Positions 44,532 to 56,837 of a stretch of 57,458 nt of DNA are shown here, one piece after another (position 1 is the stretch's first letter; every line of letters starts with the position of its first letter). The position numbers were made by a program, and so were the translations under genes. The notes under the pieces were generated by a model. It was not told where the DNA came from. It saw only the letters and a program-made list of their open reading frames with translations, and searched no databases. The DNA comes from a virus. Taxonomy: Duplodnaviria; Caudoviricetes. The stretch spans positions 1 to 57,458 of IMG/VR virus record IMGVR_UViG_3300025418_000002. One strand, written 5' to 3'.

Positions 44532-45023
44532 TTACTTAAACTGCGTCACGCCAGCAATAACCGTATATGTGGCATTTGCTGTCTTAGTAATTGTGTAAGT
44601 GTAAATATCCAAACCAGAAGCGTTCCCGCTTGCAGGTGCAACTCCCCCTTGCCATTTTGGAACAACTGTAGCGCCATCAATTTGATAAGCATTATTATAA
44701 TACGCCGTTCCACCCTGTGTCGTCATTGCCACAACTGTAATGGTTTCATTAAGTCCAATATATGAATTTAAAGGAGTTCCAGCTGTTCCCCTAAAATTTA
44801 TTGTCCAGTTACCACCAGCATTTTGCGTAAAATATAAAACAGACTGCTTATCAACGTCAAAGTTAATTGTTGTATTAGGCGCTGTCCCAATAACTGTAAC
44901 AGCATCTACGGTAGGATATTCAGTTGCTGATACAAACGAGCCGCCATAACTTTTTAGGCTGGATGTCGTTGCCGTATCAAATGACGCAACCCTTTTACCA
45001 AATGCAGATGATGTTTTTGGCAT
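44532..45023 (-). CDS. Fibre-associated beta-sandwich protein
   Basis: SVLYFT.NA..NWTINFRG...PKWQGG.AP..G.ASG.D.YTYTI.KTA. Confidence 0.7.
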   Translation of the reverse strand: MPKTSSAFGKRVASFDTATTSSLKSYGGSFVSATEYPTVDAVTVIGTAPNTTINFDVDKQSVLYFTQNAGGNWTINFRGTAGTPLNSYIGLNETITVVAMTTQGGTAYYNNAYQIDGATVVPKWQGGVAPASGNASGLDIYTYTITKTANATYTVIAGVTQFK

Positions 45024-45024
45024 A

Positions 45025-45470
45025 TCAGAGAAGCGCCCCAAACGCAGTAGCACTAAGTGCAGTTGTATTAGCAACTGTTGTTACTGTCACGCTGACATAC
45101 AAACGGTTTGCAGCAGGAAGATACAAACCATTAGCAAAAGCATATGTCGTTGTAAATCCGGCAGCCGTCGCACTTGGTGTTACAGCCGACACAGGTATTT
45201 CATCCGTCAAATAAGCGTTTGTTGCATCCCAGTTCCAAATCTGAACAAGGTTAGCTACCGTGGCAGACGTAATACTGCTAGAAGCCGCAACTACTTTAAT
45301 ATAATCAATTCTTGTCCCATTTGTTGATGTAGGAACAAACTGAATTATATTAGCCGCCGCCAAGCTGGCGGTAGCAGTTGGTGCGCGTGTCGTGCAAGCA
45401 GTCTGGGCTGCCAAACTTACAGACACAGAATAAGGTGTCTGTGCAAATACTGGAGTAGCTGTTACGGCCA

Positions 45471-45471
<1 letters not shown>
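45025..45471 (-). CDS. Ala/Thr-rich structural protein
   Basis: Start coupled to the collagen gene stop. Confidence 0.7.
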
Positions 45472-48367
<2,896 letters not shown>

Positions 48368-48368
<1 letters not shown>

Positions 48369-48970
48369 CAGTCAAGCGGCCCTGTCTTTGGAACTTCGTC
48401 ATAATTATACGGAAGTCCTGGGTCATTGTCACCCGGAGCATTCGGATTAGTTCCGGGTTGCTGGTTAAGACCACCAGGAGGTTCGCCTGTTTGTTGCGTA
48501 ACTCTCGTCGGGCCTTGAACGTATGTTTCCACTGGTTCCTGCGTAAGATAGTATACATTACCTTCAAGCATAAGATAACCAGTAAGATTCTCTAAAAGTA
48601 TGTCGCCACCAGTTAAGAACCCATCACTGGTAACGCGCGTATCACCATTAATAATTGGTATATTGGTAACTGGATCAATAGTATTCTGACCAGATGTAGC
48701 GCGCGTATTTGTTTCAGCTGTAGGATAATCTTGAACACGCGGATTGAGAATTGGCACAGGATCAGCCGGAACAATAATAGCCCTCAACTGCTGCTGTGGA
48801 ACATCATTACAAGTATCACAAACAAGAATTCGTTTATTAATAAGTGAGGCGCCAGCCCAATCAAATTGCCATTTGAGCCTATCATGATTGTATAGAAATC
48901 CACATCTGTCGCATATGCCAAATGCGCGAGGATTCCTTGAACTTACCTGAGCTCTACCGTGTGGCCTCAT
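48368..48970 (-). CDS. Neck-region protein with CxxC zinc motifs
   Basis: [11 protein letters not shown]...L..Q...VCDTC.D.PQ.QL...DP.P..NPR. Confidence 0.7.
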
Positions 48971-49647
48971 CTAAAGTAGCCGCTTATTTGAGGCGAGATA
49001 TATTGCTGTGCAGTTTCTATGTTCTGATCCGCAGCAACTTGGTAAGACTCATCAGCTAAAGCCTTTAATGGAATGGCTTTTTCTGGAGCCCAAATAGTAG
49101 CTAACCTAAAAGCCAATCCATGCGCCACAGCCTCAAGCCATAAATAAGGGACATCTAAAGTCTCAGCATTAAAGATATTAGCGTCTTGGCTTTGCTTTAA
49201 ACGGTAATACTTTAAGCTTGTTTGGCTTCCATCTGGAACAGGCCAAAGTGTAAATGCAGGGTTTATAAGTCTGTCAAACCAAAAAGTTGTAGGAAATCCT
49301 TGCTGTTCCTTATTAGGATAAGAAGCATATTCAGTTCTACTGACAGGAAGAATTATTCTATCAATTGGTGGATTACCATACTCAATATAAGCGTCCAACA
49401 TAACAACTGTGGTTCCATCCACTTGATATGTGGCCTGCCCTTGGACAAGAGGGACAGTAATTAATTCAACAGACCAAAGATTTACACCCTCATTACTCCA
49501 CCTAGAAAGCATCATGTTTGTCGCCATTCTGGCGGCTTCAAGATGCTCTTGTAATAATGCAGACGGCCTTATGCCAATTAAGTTATAGGCGTAGAGTGTT
49601 ATTTCACCCAGAGACGGATTAAAATTATATGTCCCCGAAGTGGTCAT
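48967..49647 (-). CDS. Head-tail adaptor/gatekeeper-like protein
   Basis: MTTSGTY.FN, WSNEGVNLW, SR.EY...PNK..QG.P..FW.DR, LWPVPD. Confidence 0.75.
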   Translation of the reverse strand: MTTSGTYNFNPSLGEITLYAYNLIGIRPSALLQEHLEAARMATNMMLSRWSNEGVNLWSVELITVPLVQGQATYQVDGTTVVMLDAYIEYGNPPIDRIILPVSRTEYASYPNKEQQGFPTTFWFDRLINPAFTLWPVPDGSQTSLKYYRLKQSQDANIFNAETLDVPYLWLEAVAHGLAFRLATIWAPEKAIPLKALADESYQVAADQNIETAQQYISPQISGYFR

Positions 49648-49650
49648 TTG

Positions 49651-51144
49651 TTAGCTCCAGTTGCCAACCGTGATGTTTGTGGCGGCAGCGTTAACACTCG
49701 TTACAGGACTGCACTTAAAGTATGATTGCGCGCCAACAATAGCGGCGTTTGCAACACCAAGAGAAACTTGAGGAATTACAGACCCAGTTGTTGTTACTCT
49801 AAATATACCCTTAATAAATGCATAACCCACAGTATTAGTGGACACCGCCGTCAAAGCCGCATTGGCAATAATATTGTAAGTCATTTGCTCTGCGGTAGCT
49901 GATGCAAGGATTGTTGTTCCCTTTTGAGCCCAAGCCCACCATCCCTGTGACCCAATAACAGCGCCGCTAACACCAAGGGCAAAACCAAATGAGCCAGATG
50001 TCGCAGACATATTGGAAAGGGAAAAGAAGCACTCAAATTGATAGGTGCCAACAGGAAGCGTAAGCGCGCCATTTGTTGTGGCATTAAATAATTTTTGAAC
50101 AGCCGTTTGCGCCGTAAGTGTATAAGGCGTCCCAAGAACAACAATCTGCTCTGAAGGAAGTGCGCCCCTTGTGCTTGCCGCAATAGAGAAATAAGGAACA
50201 GTTCCATCATACTCTATAGCACCAGCGGCAGCTGTCGTAAGATTTGTTCCAGATGCCAGCTTAATTGGCGCAAGAGTATTTGTTCCAGCCGCAACATTAA
50301 TATTAGTTAGCGTCGGAGATGTCGCAAAAACAAGAGAACCAGAACCAGTTTCATCCGTAATAGCAGAAGCTAAATTTGCTGATGTCGGTGTTGATAAAAA
50401 TGTTGAGACATTAGTTCCAAGACCACTGACACCAGTAGAAATTGGCAGACCTGTGCAGTTTGTAAGTGTCCCGCTGGACGGAGTTCCGAGAATTGGCGTA
50501 ACAAGAGTGGGGGAATTTGCAAAAACCAGAGAACCAGAACCAGTTTCATCTGTAACCGCAGCAGCTAAATTAGAAGAATTTGGGGTTGCTAAAAATGTTG
50601 CAACATTAGCTCCAAGCCCAGAAAGAGACGCAACTGGAAAACCTGTGCAGTTGGTCAATGTCCCACTTGCAGGGGTGCCAAGGTTTGGCGTTACCAATGA
50701 GGCACTCGTGGTAAGAACAAGGGCGCCAGTCCCTGATGGCGTAGATCCAAGAGCGGAAACAACTCCAGTACCTAACCCAGTCACGTTTGTAATTGGAAGG
50801 CCGCCGCAATTAGTCAAAGTCCCCGACAATGGCGTCCCAAGAACCCCACCATTAATAACAAAAGAGCCCGCTGTCCCCTCATTAACAGCAAGAGCAGTCG
50901 CCACCCCTGTGCCAAGACCAGAAACACCAGTTGAAATAGGTAAGTTTGTGCAGTTTGTCAGAACACCAGCAGAAGGCGTCCCAAGATTAGGCGTGACAAG
51001 AACAGGAGAGGCGCTTGTATATGTCTTAATTTGAGCAGCAGATGTCTTTACTGGCCCAACACCCGTAACTTGGACGTTAGGTAAAACGTCAGTACCAGAA
51101 ACTGCTGCACCAGGCGCAAGGCCAGATATTGGTAAATTTGCCAT
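49651..51144 (-). CDS. Fibre-like protein with TPxLGTPxSGxLTNCTGLP repeats
   Basis: Four LGTP.SG.LTNC.GLP repeats and two NLA.A.TDETGSGSLVFA repeats. Confidence 0.8.
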   Translation of the reverse strand: MANLPISGLAPGAAVSGTDVLPNVQVTGVGPVKTSAAQIKTYTSASPVLVTPNLGTPSAGVLTNCTNLPISTGVSGLGTGVATALAVNEGTAGSFVINGGVLGTPLSGTLTNCGGLPITNVTGLGTGVVSALGSTPSGTGALVLTTSASLVTPNLGTPASGTLTNCTGFPVASLSGLGANVATFLATPNSSNLAAAVTDETGSGSLVFANSPTLVTPILGTPSSGTLTNCTGLPISTGVSGLGTNVSTFLSTPTSANLASAITDETGSGSLVFATSPTLTNINVAAGTNTLAPIKLASGTNLTTAAAGAIEYDGTVPYFSIAASTRGALPSEQIVVLGTPYTLTAQTAVQKLFNATTNGALTLPVGTYQFECFFSLSNMSATSGSFGFALGVSGAVIGSQGWWAWAQKGTTILASATAEQMTYNIIANAALTAVSTNTVGYAFIKGIFRVTTTGSVIPQVSLGVANAAIVGAQSYFKCSPVTSVNAAATNITVGNWS

Positions 51145-51169
51145 ACTACCCCGACCTTAAATATTATAT

Positions 51170-51808
51170 TTACAGACCAACGCCGCCAGACTGTAAGAAT
51201 GTCCCAGAAACAGTCCCGCTACCGCTGTTTAAGAGTATGCGAATAAATGTTGGCGCATAAGTAATGCCAGACTGTTTTCCAGCAGAAGCCCCAACAAGAG
51301 CAGAATCCGTAGAATTAAACCAACTAACATTTGTAATAGATACTGGATCAGTTGCAGAATTTGGATCATCCAATGTTGTTTGAACTGTATAATTTACAGT
51401 CCCACTAACGTCCGTTTGGATGGAAACAAAGTTTGGAGCCCAGTCATCCAATCTAGCCCAATCACTTCCAGCTACAGTGCTTGTGCCAGCAGAAACATTA
51501 CCAGCTGTTGTGTCGCTGGTTAAAATGCTTGTAACAGTGGCAAAATCAACAGTAGTTGATGCCGTGCTTGCATTAGAACCGGCAATTGTTTGAAAAACAC
51601 TTGTTCCGCCAAAAGTTGTCCCAGAAATAGTAAATGTTATTCCCGTATCATCACCAACTGACGTAATTATAACTCTACGCGGAACATCCAAAGTAACAAC
51701 AGAAGACGTAAGGGTTAAATATCCAGAACCAGTAATTGTTTGAGCAGCCGCAATACTTGTTGCTGATGCTGCCGCAAGTGGTCCAACACTAACTGTAATT
51801 GGGCGCAT
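51170..51808 (-). CDS. Structural (head decoration-like) protein
   Basis: S/T-rich beta protein; NYTVQTTLDDP. Confidence 0.7.
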   Translation of the reverse strand: MRPITVSVGPLAAASATSIAAAQTITGSGYLTLTSSVVTLDVPRRVIITSVGDDTGITFTISGTTFGGTSVFQTIAGSNASTASTTVDFATVTSILTSDTTAGNVSAGTSTVAGSDWARLDDWAPNFVSIQTDVSGTVNYTVQTTLDDPNSATDPVSITNVSWFNSTDSALVGASAGKQSGITYAPTFIRILLNSGSGTVSGTFLQSGGVGL

Positions 51809-51809
51809 T

Positions 51810-51980
51810 TTATTTTCCCTTTGTGTGTCCGGCTCTAGCCGCAGCTACATTATCAACAAGGTTTGGATATGGACGGCCAGCGGCTCTGGCCTTCGCCTTG
51901 GCTAGCTTAACACCTTTCACACTCAAAGCCTTGTGCTTGGCGTCTTTAGGTGCGTCTTTTTCCCAAAAGGGCTTGCCCAT
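51810..51980 (-). CDS. 56-aa basic protein (not in ORF track)
   Basis: MGKPFWEKDAPKDAKHKALSVKGVKLAKAKARAAGRPYPNLVDNVAAARAGHTKGK fills the gap exactly. Confidence 0.8.
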   Translation of the reverse strand: MGKPFWEKDAPKDAKHKALSVKGVKLAKAKARAAGRPYPNLVDNVAAARAGHTKGK

Positions 51981-51981
51981 A

Positions 51982-52251
51982 TTAACAATCCCATTTTCTC
52001 AAAGATTTATTTATCCGACTATTTGGGTCTGCGGCTGCCGCTGAACCCGTAAGCTTTTTCTTCATACCTGTCATTCTAGCACAGAATGAACTTCTCCGCG
52101 CAGCAGATGCTTCACTTTTTGCAGCCTGTTTCTTAGAAACTGGCGGCTTAAGATTGTGGCCCTCAGCCTTAGCAGAAGCCCTCCCCTTGGCGTTTAATCC
52201 ACCCTCAGGGTTTTTACCTTCTTTTCTTTGCCATGCAGGAGATTTTGCCAT
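51982..52251 (-). CDS. Basic head-module protein (DUF6321-like)
   Basis: AWQRKEGKNPEGGLNAKGRAS...RRSSFCARM.G...DPNSRINKSLRKWDC; GAGG RBS. Confidence 0.75.
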   Translation of the reverse strand: MAKSPAWQRKEGKNPEGGLNAKGRASAKAEGHNLKPPVSKKQAAKSEASAARRSSFCARMTGMKKKLTGSAAAADPNSRINKSLRKWDC

Positions 52252-52316
52252 TTTATCCTCGCAATATATAGGCGGCGGGGCTTTGGACACCCCGCCGAAG
52301 CACCTACTAATTTAAA

Positions 52317-52526
52317 TTAGTAATGTGAAGCCTTGCCGCGAGGTGTTCCAGCTTTAGCTGAAGAGAAAACACCACCACCCGTTGCACGGGCTGGCTTTTT
52401 ACCTTTATGAGCAGCAGACATTACTTTGCCACCCTTCTTAGCGCATCCACCCTTTTTAAAGGTTTCAGTCTTGTTTGCAGCTTCACTAGCAACATTAGAG
52501 TCACCACCTGCGTAATATTTACCCAT
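52317..52526 (-). CDS. 69-aa basic protein made largely of xxxGG motifs
   Basis: YYAGG, FKKGG, AKKGGKV, RATGGGV; GGAG RBS. Confidence 0.8.
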   Translation of the reverse strand: MGKYYAGGDSNVASEAANKTETFKKGGCAKKGGKVMSAAHKGKKPARATGGGVFSSAKAGTPRGKASHY

Positions 52527-52546
52527 AGTCTTTCTCCGTTACTCTG

Positions 52547-53020
52547 TTAGAGGCCAAGAGCCTGAACGTAGTCTACCGTAAGAACACCAACACCTGCACC
52601 AGTATTTGTTGAAAGCATGAAAATTTGAACGTCAGAAGTCCCAACGTCAATCCAGTTTCCAACTCTCGTAGCATCAGTGCCTGGCGACACGCTTACAATA
52701 CCAACAGCAACGCCGGTATTTGCGGCAGTCGCAGCAACAGCCAATTCAGTAGCAGTTGCACTTGTGCCAATATTAAACGTGCTTGCAACGCCGTCCCAAG
52801 CTGTCGTTACATAAAGCTTGATGGACGTAATTTGGCTTCCGGCTGGAACCACAATTGTAGTCGTGTAAAGACCAGCAACAGTTCCGTTAGTAGCCTGAGT
52901 AACAGGAACAGACTGCGACATAAGAACATAGCCAACATTGGCCAGTGTCCCAACAGTTGATCCAGTAGTATATAAAACATCCCCAGCCGTAATTGGGCCG
53001 GTAAAAGTAGTGGTGCCCAT
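52547..53020 (-). CDS. Capsid decoration / minor head protein
   Basis: MGTTTFTGP, VPAGSQI..I...VTTAW, V.YVQ; directly after the MCP. Confidence 0.75.
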   Translation of the reverse strand: MGTTTFTGPITAGDVLYTTGSTVGTLANVGYVLMSQSVPVTQATNGTVAGLYTTTIVVPAGSQITSIKLYVTTAWDGVASTFNIGTSATATELAVAATAANTGVAVGIVSVSPGTDATRVGNWIDVGTSDVQIFMLSTNTGAGVGVLTVDYVQALGL

Positions 53021-53025
53021 AAGAG

Positions 53026-53083
53026 CCTCCTGCACGAGTCGCTGTATAGTCTGTGCAGCGTCCGCTGGGCCGGTCTATACAGC
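53026..53083 (-). promoter_or_regulatory. Structured RNA leader with alternative pairing next to the RBS
   Basis: GCTGTATAG/CTATACAGC 9-bp stem, inner CAGC/GCTG stem, and CTGCAC/GTGCAG pairing that abuts GGAGG. Confidence 0.55.
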
Positions 53084-53095
53084 TTGAAAACCCAG

Positions 53096-53128
53096 AAAGA
53101 AGACGGGGGCTTAAATCAGAGGCCCCCG
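53096..53128 (-). terminator. Terminator after the major capsid gene
   Basis: CGGGGGC-N11-GCCCCCG followed by TCTTCTTTCT on the minus strand. Confidence 0.7.
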
Positions 53129-53139
53129 CCATGTTTTAC

Positions 53140-54054
53140 TTACGACGTTGGGAATGAACCCCAAATTGAACGCCAGTTGTAATAGCCGAAGCTATAACGC
53201 TCGTAGCCTTTAACCAAAAGGTTGTCGGTTACGAAATCTACCTGCATGTCCGTCTCGAACTTAACGCGCTCCATGTAGGAAAGGCCGTCAATGTTAGTGA
53301 GAAGGAACCAAGCATAAGCAGAGGTCAAGAAGTCATTGACCATGTAACCTTCGGGAAGGCCCCCGGCAGTCATCATGATTGCGTTGACATCATTGTCTGC
53401 TGTGCCTGGGCGCAGTTCCGTCTTTGTAAGACGAATTGCAACAGGCTCAAGCTGTGGCGGAACAACAAGACGACGGCCACGGGCAAATACCTTCAGGCCA
53501 GCTTGGTCTTTGAAGTTCGTGCGGATGCTAATCATAGCATTCAGCAACGTAGCTTCATTGAGGTCAACTGGAACTGTCGGCAGATTTGAAACCGTGCCAC
53601 CATCAATAGGATGGTCAGACGCACAAAGCGCCTTACCGTCACCACCAACGGAAGCATTATACGTCGTCGCCGTGTTCAACACGTTGGCGCCGTAAATTTC
53701 CTTCGTCTGCTGGAACGACTCAATCAGGCCAAGGTTTGACGGCATGAACTGTGTTTTATACAGATTGTCGTCAACTGCTTTGCGCGTAATGGCGTAACCC
53801 AGAGCAATTTCAGTGTGCTCTTGGTTGTAGACATAACGCTCACCAGCTGAGTTGTCGAAAGCAGTCTGGCCGCCTTCAGTTTTCAGCTGCGCAAGACCCA
53901 AGAAACGCATTTCTGCGGTGCGCTCAAGCGCCATCTTGGAATCATGCTTGGTGAAGATTTTGTCGTATTGAGATGGGATCATCTCATACTTGCCTTCAAC
54001 TCCGCGCAAGCCGGGGAGCAGAAGGTCTTTTATGGCAGAGAGATTAACAGCCAT
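53140..54054 (-). CDS. Major capsid protein
   Basis: 304 aa; LLPGL, K.EG....D, YNQEH.EIALGYAITR.AV.DNLY, ANVLN, GDGKAL...HP, LVVP..L, TADNDVN, YERYSFG..NWR...GS. Confidence 0.92.
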   Translation of the reverse strand: MAVNLSAIKDLLLPGLRGVEGKYEMIPSQYDKIFTKHDSKMALERTAEMRFLGLAQLKTEGGQTAFDNSAGERYVYNQEHTEIALGYAITRKAVDDNLYKTQFMPSNLGLIESFQQTKEIYGANVLNTATTYNASVGGDGKALCASDHPIDGGTVSNLPTVPVDLNEATLLNAMISIRTNFKDQAGLKVFARGRRLVVPPQLEPVAIRLTKTELRPGTADNDVNAIMMTAGGLPEGYMVNDFLTSAYAWFLLTNIDGLSYMERVKFETDMQVDFVTDNLLVKGYERYSFGYYNWRSIWGSFPTS

Positions 54055-54068
54055 GGTCCTTTACTCCC

Positions 54069-54668
54069 TTAGCTGATGCCCGTCTGAGCGCCGTTTGCAC
54101 GGGTCAGCGAGTTGTTGAACTGCACAATAACGAGATTGTAAGCAGCCGTAGCGTCTGTGCCATTCGCGCCAGGAGGCTGAGTGACAACATCAACTACGCG
54201 GAAAGGAAGCGTTGCAGTCGTGGCAGGAGACTCAACATAAGCGCCAGAAATGCCAGAGTTAGCATTGCCAGTGCCGAGGTTGACCTGAATGTTCTGGCCA
54301 ATCTTTGAGAAGCCAACATTCGTTCCACCAGCTTGCACAAGGAACTTCGCGTTAGGGTCATTGATGACGTATGCCGTCACATCACCATTCGCGTCTGAAC
54401 CTGGCCAGTAATTTGACCAGACTGTGCGCTTTTGGGAAACTGACAGATACTTACAACCAGCGAAAATACCAGCGCAGGCAGCCGTGCCAGCGGTGTTATA
54501 AACGCGGATATAACCAGTTGCCGTGCCAACCACTGGCTGCACGGGGTCGCCAAAGTAAATTGCCGTGGCGTAATTACTAGCAATGGTCATTGCGACCTGC
54601 TCATAGGTGGGAGCAGACCCAGTGCCCTGATACTGTTTGAAACCAAACGGCGCATTTGTATTCGCCAT
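54069..54668 (-). CDS. Minor capsid / cementing protein
   Basis: MANTNAPFGF, I..GD.V, GIFAGC.Y, A.V..DP.A.F.VQ; directly upstream of the MCP. Confidence 0.8.
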   Translation of the reverse strand: MANTNAPFGFKQYQGTGSAPTYEQVAMTIASNYATAIYFGDPVQPVVGTATGYIRVYNTAGTAACAGIFAGCKYLSVSQKRTVWSNYWPGSDANGDVTAYVINDPNAKFLVQAGGTNVGFSKIGQNIQVNLGTGNANSGISGAYVESPATTATLPFRVVDVVTQPPGANGTDATAAYNLVIVQFNNSLTRANGAQTGIS

Positions 54669-54675
54669 GACGGTT

Positions 54676-54755
54676 CCTCCTTTTCAGGAGTTCCTTCATT
54701 GCGCGCCGGGGCAACTATGGAACAGGGATAAGTTAATGCTCCGCGCCGGGGGAGC
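54676..54755 (-). promoter_or_regulatory. 5' leader with twin CCCGGCGC-loop hairpins and an RBS-sequestering GAAA hairpin
   Basis: mRNA: GCUCC-CCCGGCGC-GGAGC; GUUCC..UUGC-CCCGGCGC-GCAA..GGAAC; CUCCU-GAAA-AGGAG. Confidence 0.7.
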
Positions 54756-54778
54756 CTAAGCCTTTAAGACTTAATAAC

Positions 54779-54808
54779 ATTATACTATTGACAACTAATA
54801 AAAGTAAA
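54779..54808 (-). promoter_or_regulatory. Putative promoter for the capsid genes
   Basis: TTTACT-N18-TATAAT on the minus strand, just after a terminator. Confidence 0.5.
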
Positions 54809-54830
54809 GGGGCGGTTAATTGCCGCCCCT
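54801..54830 (-). terminator. Intrinsic terminator
   Basis: AGGGGCGG-N7-CCGCCCCT followed by TTACTTTT on the minus strand. Confidence 0.75.
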
Positions 54831-54836
54831 ATTATC

Positions 54837-55460
54837 TCATTCCTCAGGAACAGGAATTGGCTCATATCCCTTTTTAATACTCGGCCTCACTCGCGCATGG
54901 TCACGAGTCATTGTGCCCTCAGGAGTTCCAGCAAGTTGTGCTTCCTTATGTCGGACTTGCTCACGGGCCTTGCGCTGTTCATACCGCTTACGCTCATCCG
55001 TAATTTCTTTTGGACATTCCATTAAAACCATCCCCTTACGCAAGATAGTTTCACTGGCGGTATTATGCGGCATCATTTCAGGATGGCGCGAAGCAGGAAC
55101 AGGCGTCCAACCAGAACGGGCCAAAGCTACCTGATAAGCAGGATCTTCGGCGCCGTAAGTTGTATGCCGCTTCCACTCATATTGCCAGCCGTCGGGAATG
55201 GTGTCTTCACTGATGTAAAAGTCATCAGTGCCATCAACAACATCCCCTAAATGACCACGCAACTCAGCAGCACGTTTAGCTGCGCGAGTTCTAGGGTCTT
55301 CTTCCCGTAGTGAAGGGCGTATTGGCTGAACATCAGCAGGGGCACCAGACTGGATGCCTTCAAGTTCTGAGTCAATTTCATCAATTGATTCAACTGGGTT
55401 CTTTTTACCAAAAAGACTTGGCTTGCGGCCTCTTTTTGTAACTATTGGCGTATCACTCAT
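54837..55460 (-). CDS. Conserved head-module protein
   Basis: IPDGWQYEWKR, GWTPVPA.RHPE, GMVLME.P. Confidence 0.75.
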   Translation of the reverse strand: MSDTPIVTKRGRKPSLFGKKNPVESIDEIDSELEGIQSGAPADVQPIRPSLREEDPRTRAAKRAAELRGHLGDVVDGTDDFYISEDTIPDGWQYEWKRHTTYGAEDPAYQVALARSGWTPVPASRHPEMMPHNTASETILRKGMVLMECPKEITDERKRYEQRKAREQVRHKEAQLAGTPEGTMTRDHARVRPSIKKGYEPIPVPEE

Positions 55461-55471
55461 GATTTTAATCC

Positions 55472-56416
55472 TTAATGTCCAAGCTTGCCTTCTTTTTGAA
55501 GCGCAACCATCTGTTTAGCGTAATCAGATTCAGTCATTCCCATCATTTTTGCCATGTCGGCTTGCTCACGCGAAAGACGCACGACATTCGGCCTCTGGCC
55601 CCCACGAGAAACAGGAGCCGGAGGTGGTTGTGGGGTTCTTTTAGGCGCAGCTGCACTAGAAAGAGGGCTTTCTGGTGTGGCTTCATTTTGTGGAGACTCA
55701 TAACGACGACTGGGAGTCAGACGACTTTCAATGAACTTAAAATATTCATCTGAGTCTGGCCTAATACCATCATCTATTGCGTCCTCATGCGCCCTGAACA
55801 TCTTTCTTACGTCTGTTTCAGAACGAATAAGACTTCTGTTTTGATGTAGCCACATGGCAGACTTAGGAGAAGAAGGCGCAACAGAAGAAATAAGCTGATC
55901 TACAACGTCCCCATGCTGAACAGGCTGTTGTTGCTGTTGAGAAGATGCGTCTTCCGCATCTTTCAACTGCTTTTTCATAGCTTTTTTGCCTTCTTTCAGC
56001 TTTTCAAGCTGATTTTCATTCGTAACCATGGCGTTATTGATTTCAGCGGCCTTTGCATGGTCGCCAACATTTAACGCCTCAGCATAAGCATTCTGCAAAG
56101 CTTGAGAACGCCCCTTTAATGTATCAATGGCGTTAGAAACCATTTGATATTGGGCTTCAATTGTCTCATCTTTGGCCTTTTGAGCATTAAGTTGAGCCTC
56201 TCTTGCGCGTCTTTCAGCCTCAACTCGCGCTAATTGCTCAATTTCAAGCTTGCGCTTGAGCTCATTAATGCCTTCTTCTGGTGCAATTTCAGAAGATTTC
56301 TCTACCTTTTCAGGTTTTGCCGAAGCTTCGTCTACAATTTCAACTTCTGGCTCATTTTCAGGCATTTTTTTATCATCTTCCAGCGTCACTTCGACGACTT
56401 CAGGATCATCACTCAT
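55472..56416 (-). CDS. Capsid scaffolding protein
   Basis: Acidic N-terminus, long coiled coil, W...N, SDEYF, C-terminal V.LS.EQ..MAK.MG....YAK. Confidence 0.75.
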   Translation of the reverse strand: MSDDPEVVEVTLEDDKKMPENEPEVEIVDEASAKPEKVEKSSEIAPEEGINELKRKLEIEQLARVEAERRAREAQLNAQKAKDETIEAQYQMVSNAIDTLKGRSQALQNAYAEALNVGDHAKAAEINNAMVTNENQLEKLKEGKKAMKKQLKDAEDASSQQQQQPVQHGDVVDQLISSVAPSSPKSAMWLHQNRSLIRSETDVRKMFRAHEDAIDDGIRPDSDEYFKFIESRLTPSRRYESPQNEATPESPLSSAAAPKRTPQPPPAPVSRGGQRPNVVRLSREQADMAKMMGMTESDYAKQMVALQKEGKLGH

Positions 56417-56427
56417 TTAAATACTCC

Positions 56428-56820
56428 TTACCAAGCTACGTCTGGAGACGGCACACGCATTTTTATTTGCGTGTCCGACAACATTCGGCACAAAACACCA
56501 TTTATAGTGACGCCCCAGCCGTCAGATGGCCGAAATACAACCCAATCATGAAGATTGAGGGTGGCATTATCAAACCATTCACCCGTATCATCTTGGAAGG
56601 CAGACGGACCCATACCGACAATCAGGCCAATTTTGCCCTGATACCTGTCTTCGTCCGTATACTTGTCTGTTAAATACAGACCGCTCTTAGTTTTATTGGG
56701 CCTGATATAAACACAGCAGAGCACTTGGTTGTTAAAAATCTCAATATTGGATAAATCACCTAATTCACCTAGTAACTTCTGCTTAGGGTCAACGTCGTGA
56801 TCCATAAGCATATTAACCAT
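56428..56820 (-). CDS. groES: Phage-encoded GroES/Cpn10 co-chaperonin
   Basis: VLC....NKTKSGLYL.D, G.IV.MGP.AF.D..G.W, DWVVF, ING...R...D..I. Confidence 0.85.
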   Translation of the reverse strand: MVNMLMDHDVDPKQKLLGELGDLSNIEIFNNQVLCCVYIRPNKTKSGLYLTDKYTDEDRYQGKIGLIVGMGPSAFQDDTGEWFDNATLNLHDWVVFRPSDGWGVTINGVLCRMLSDTQIKMRVPSPDVAW

Positions 56821-56837
56821 TATTTTCCCCTTCTTCG

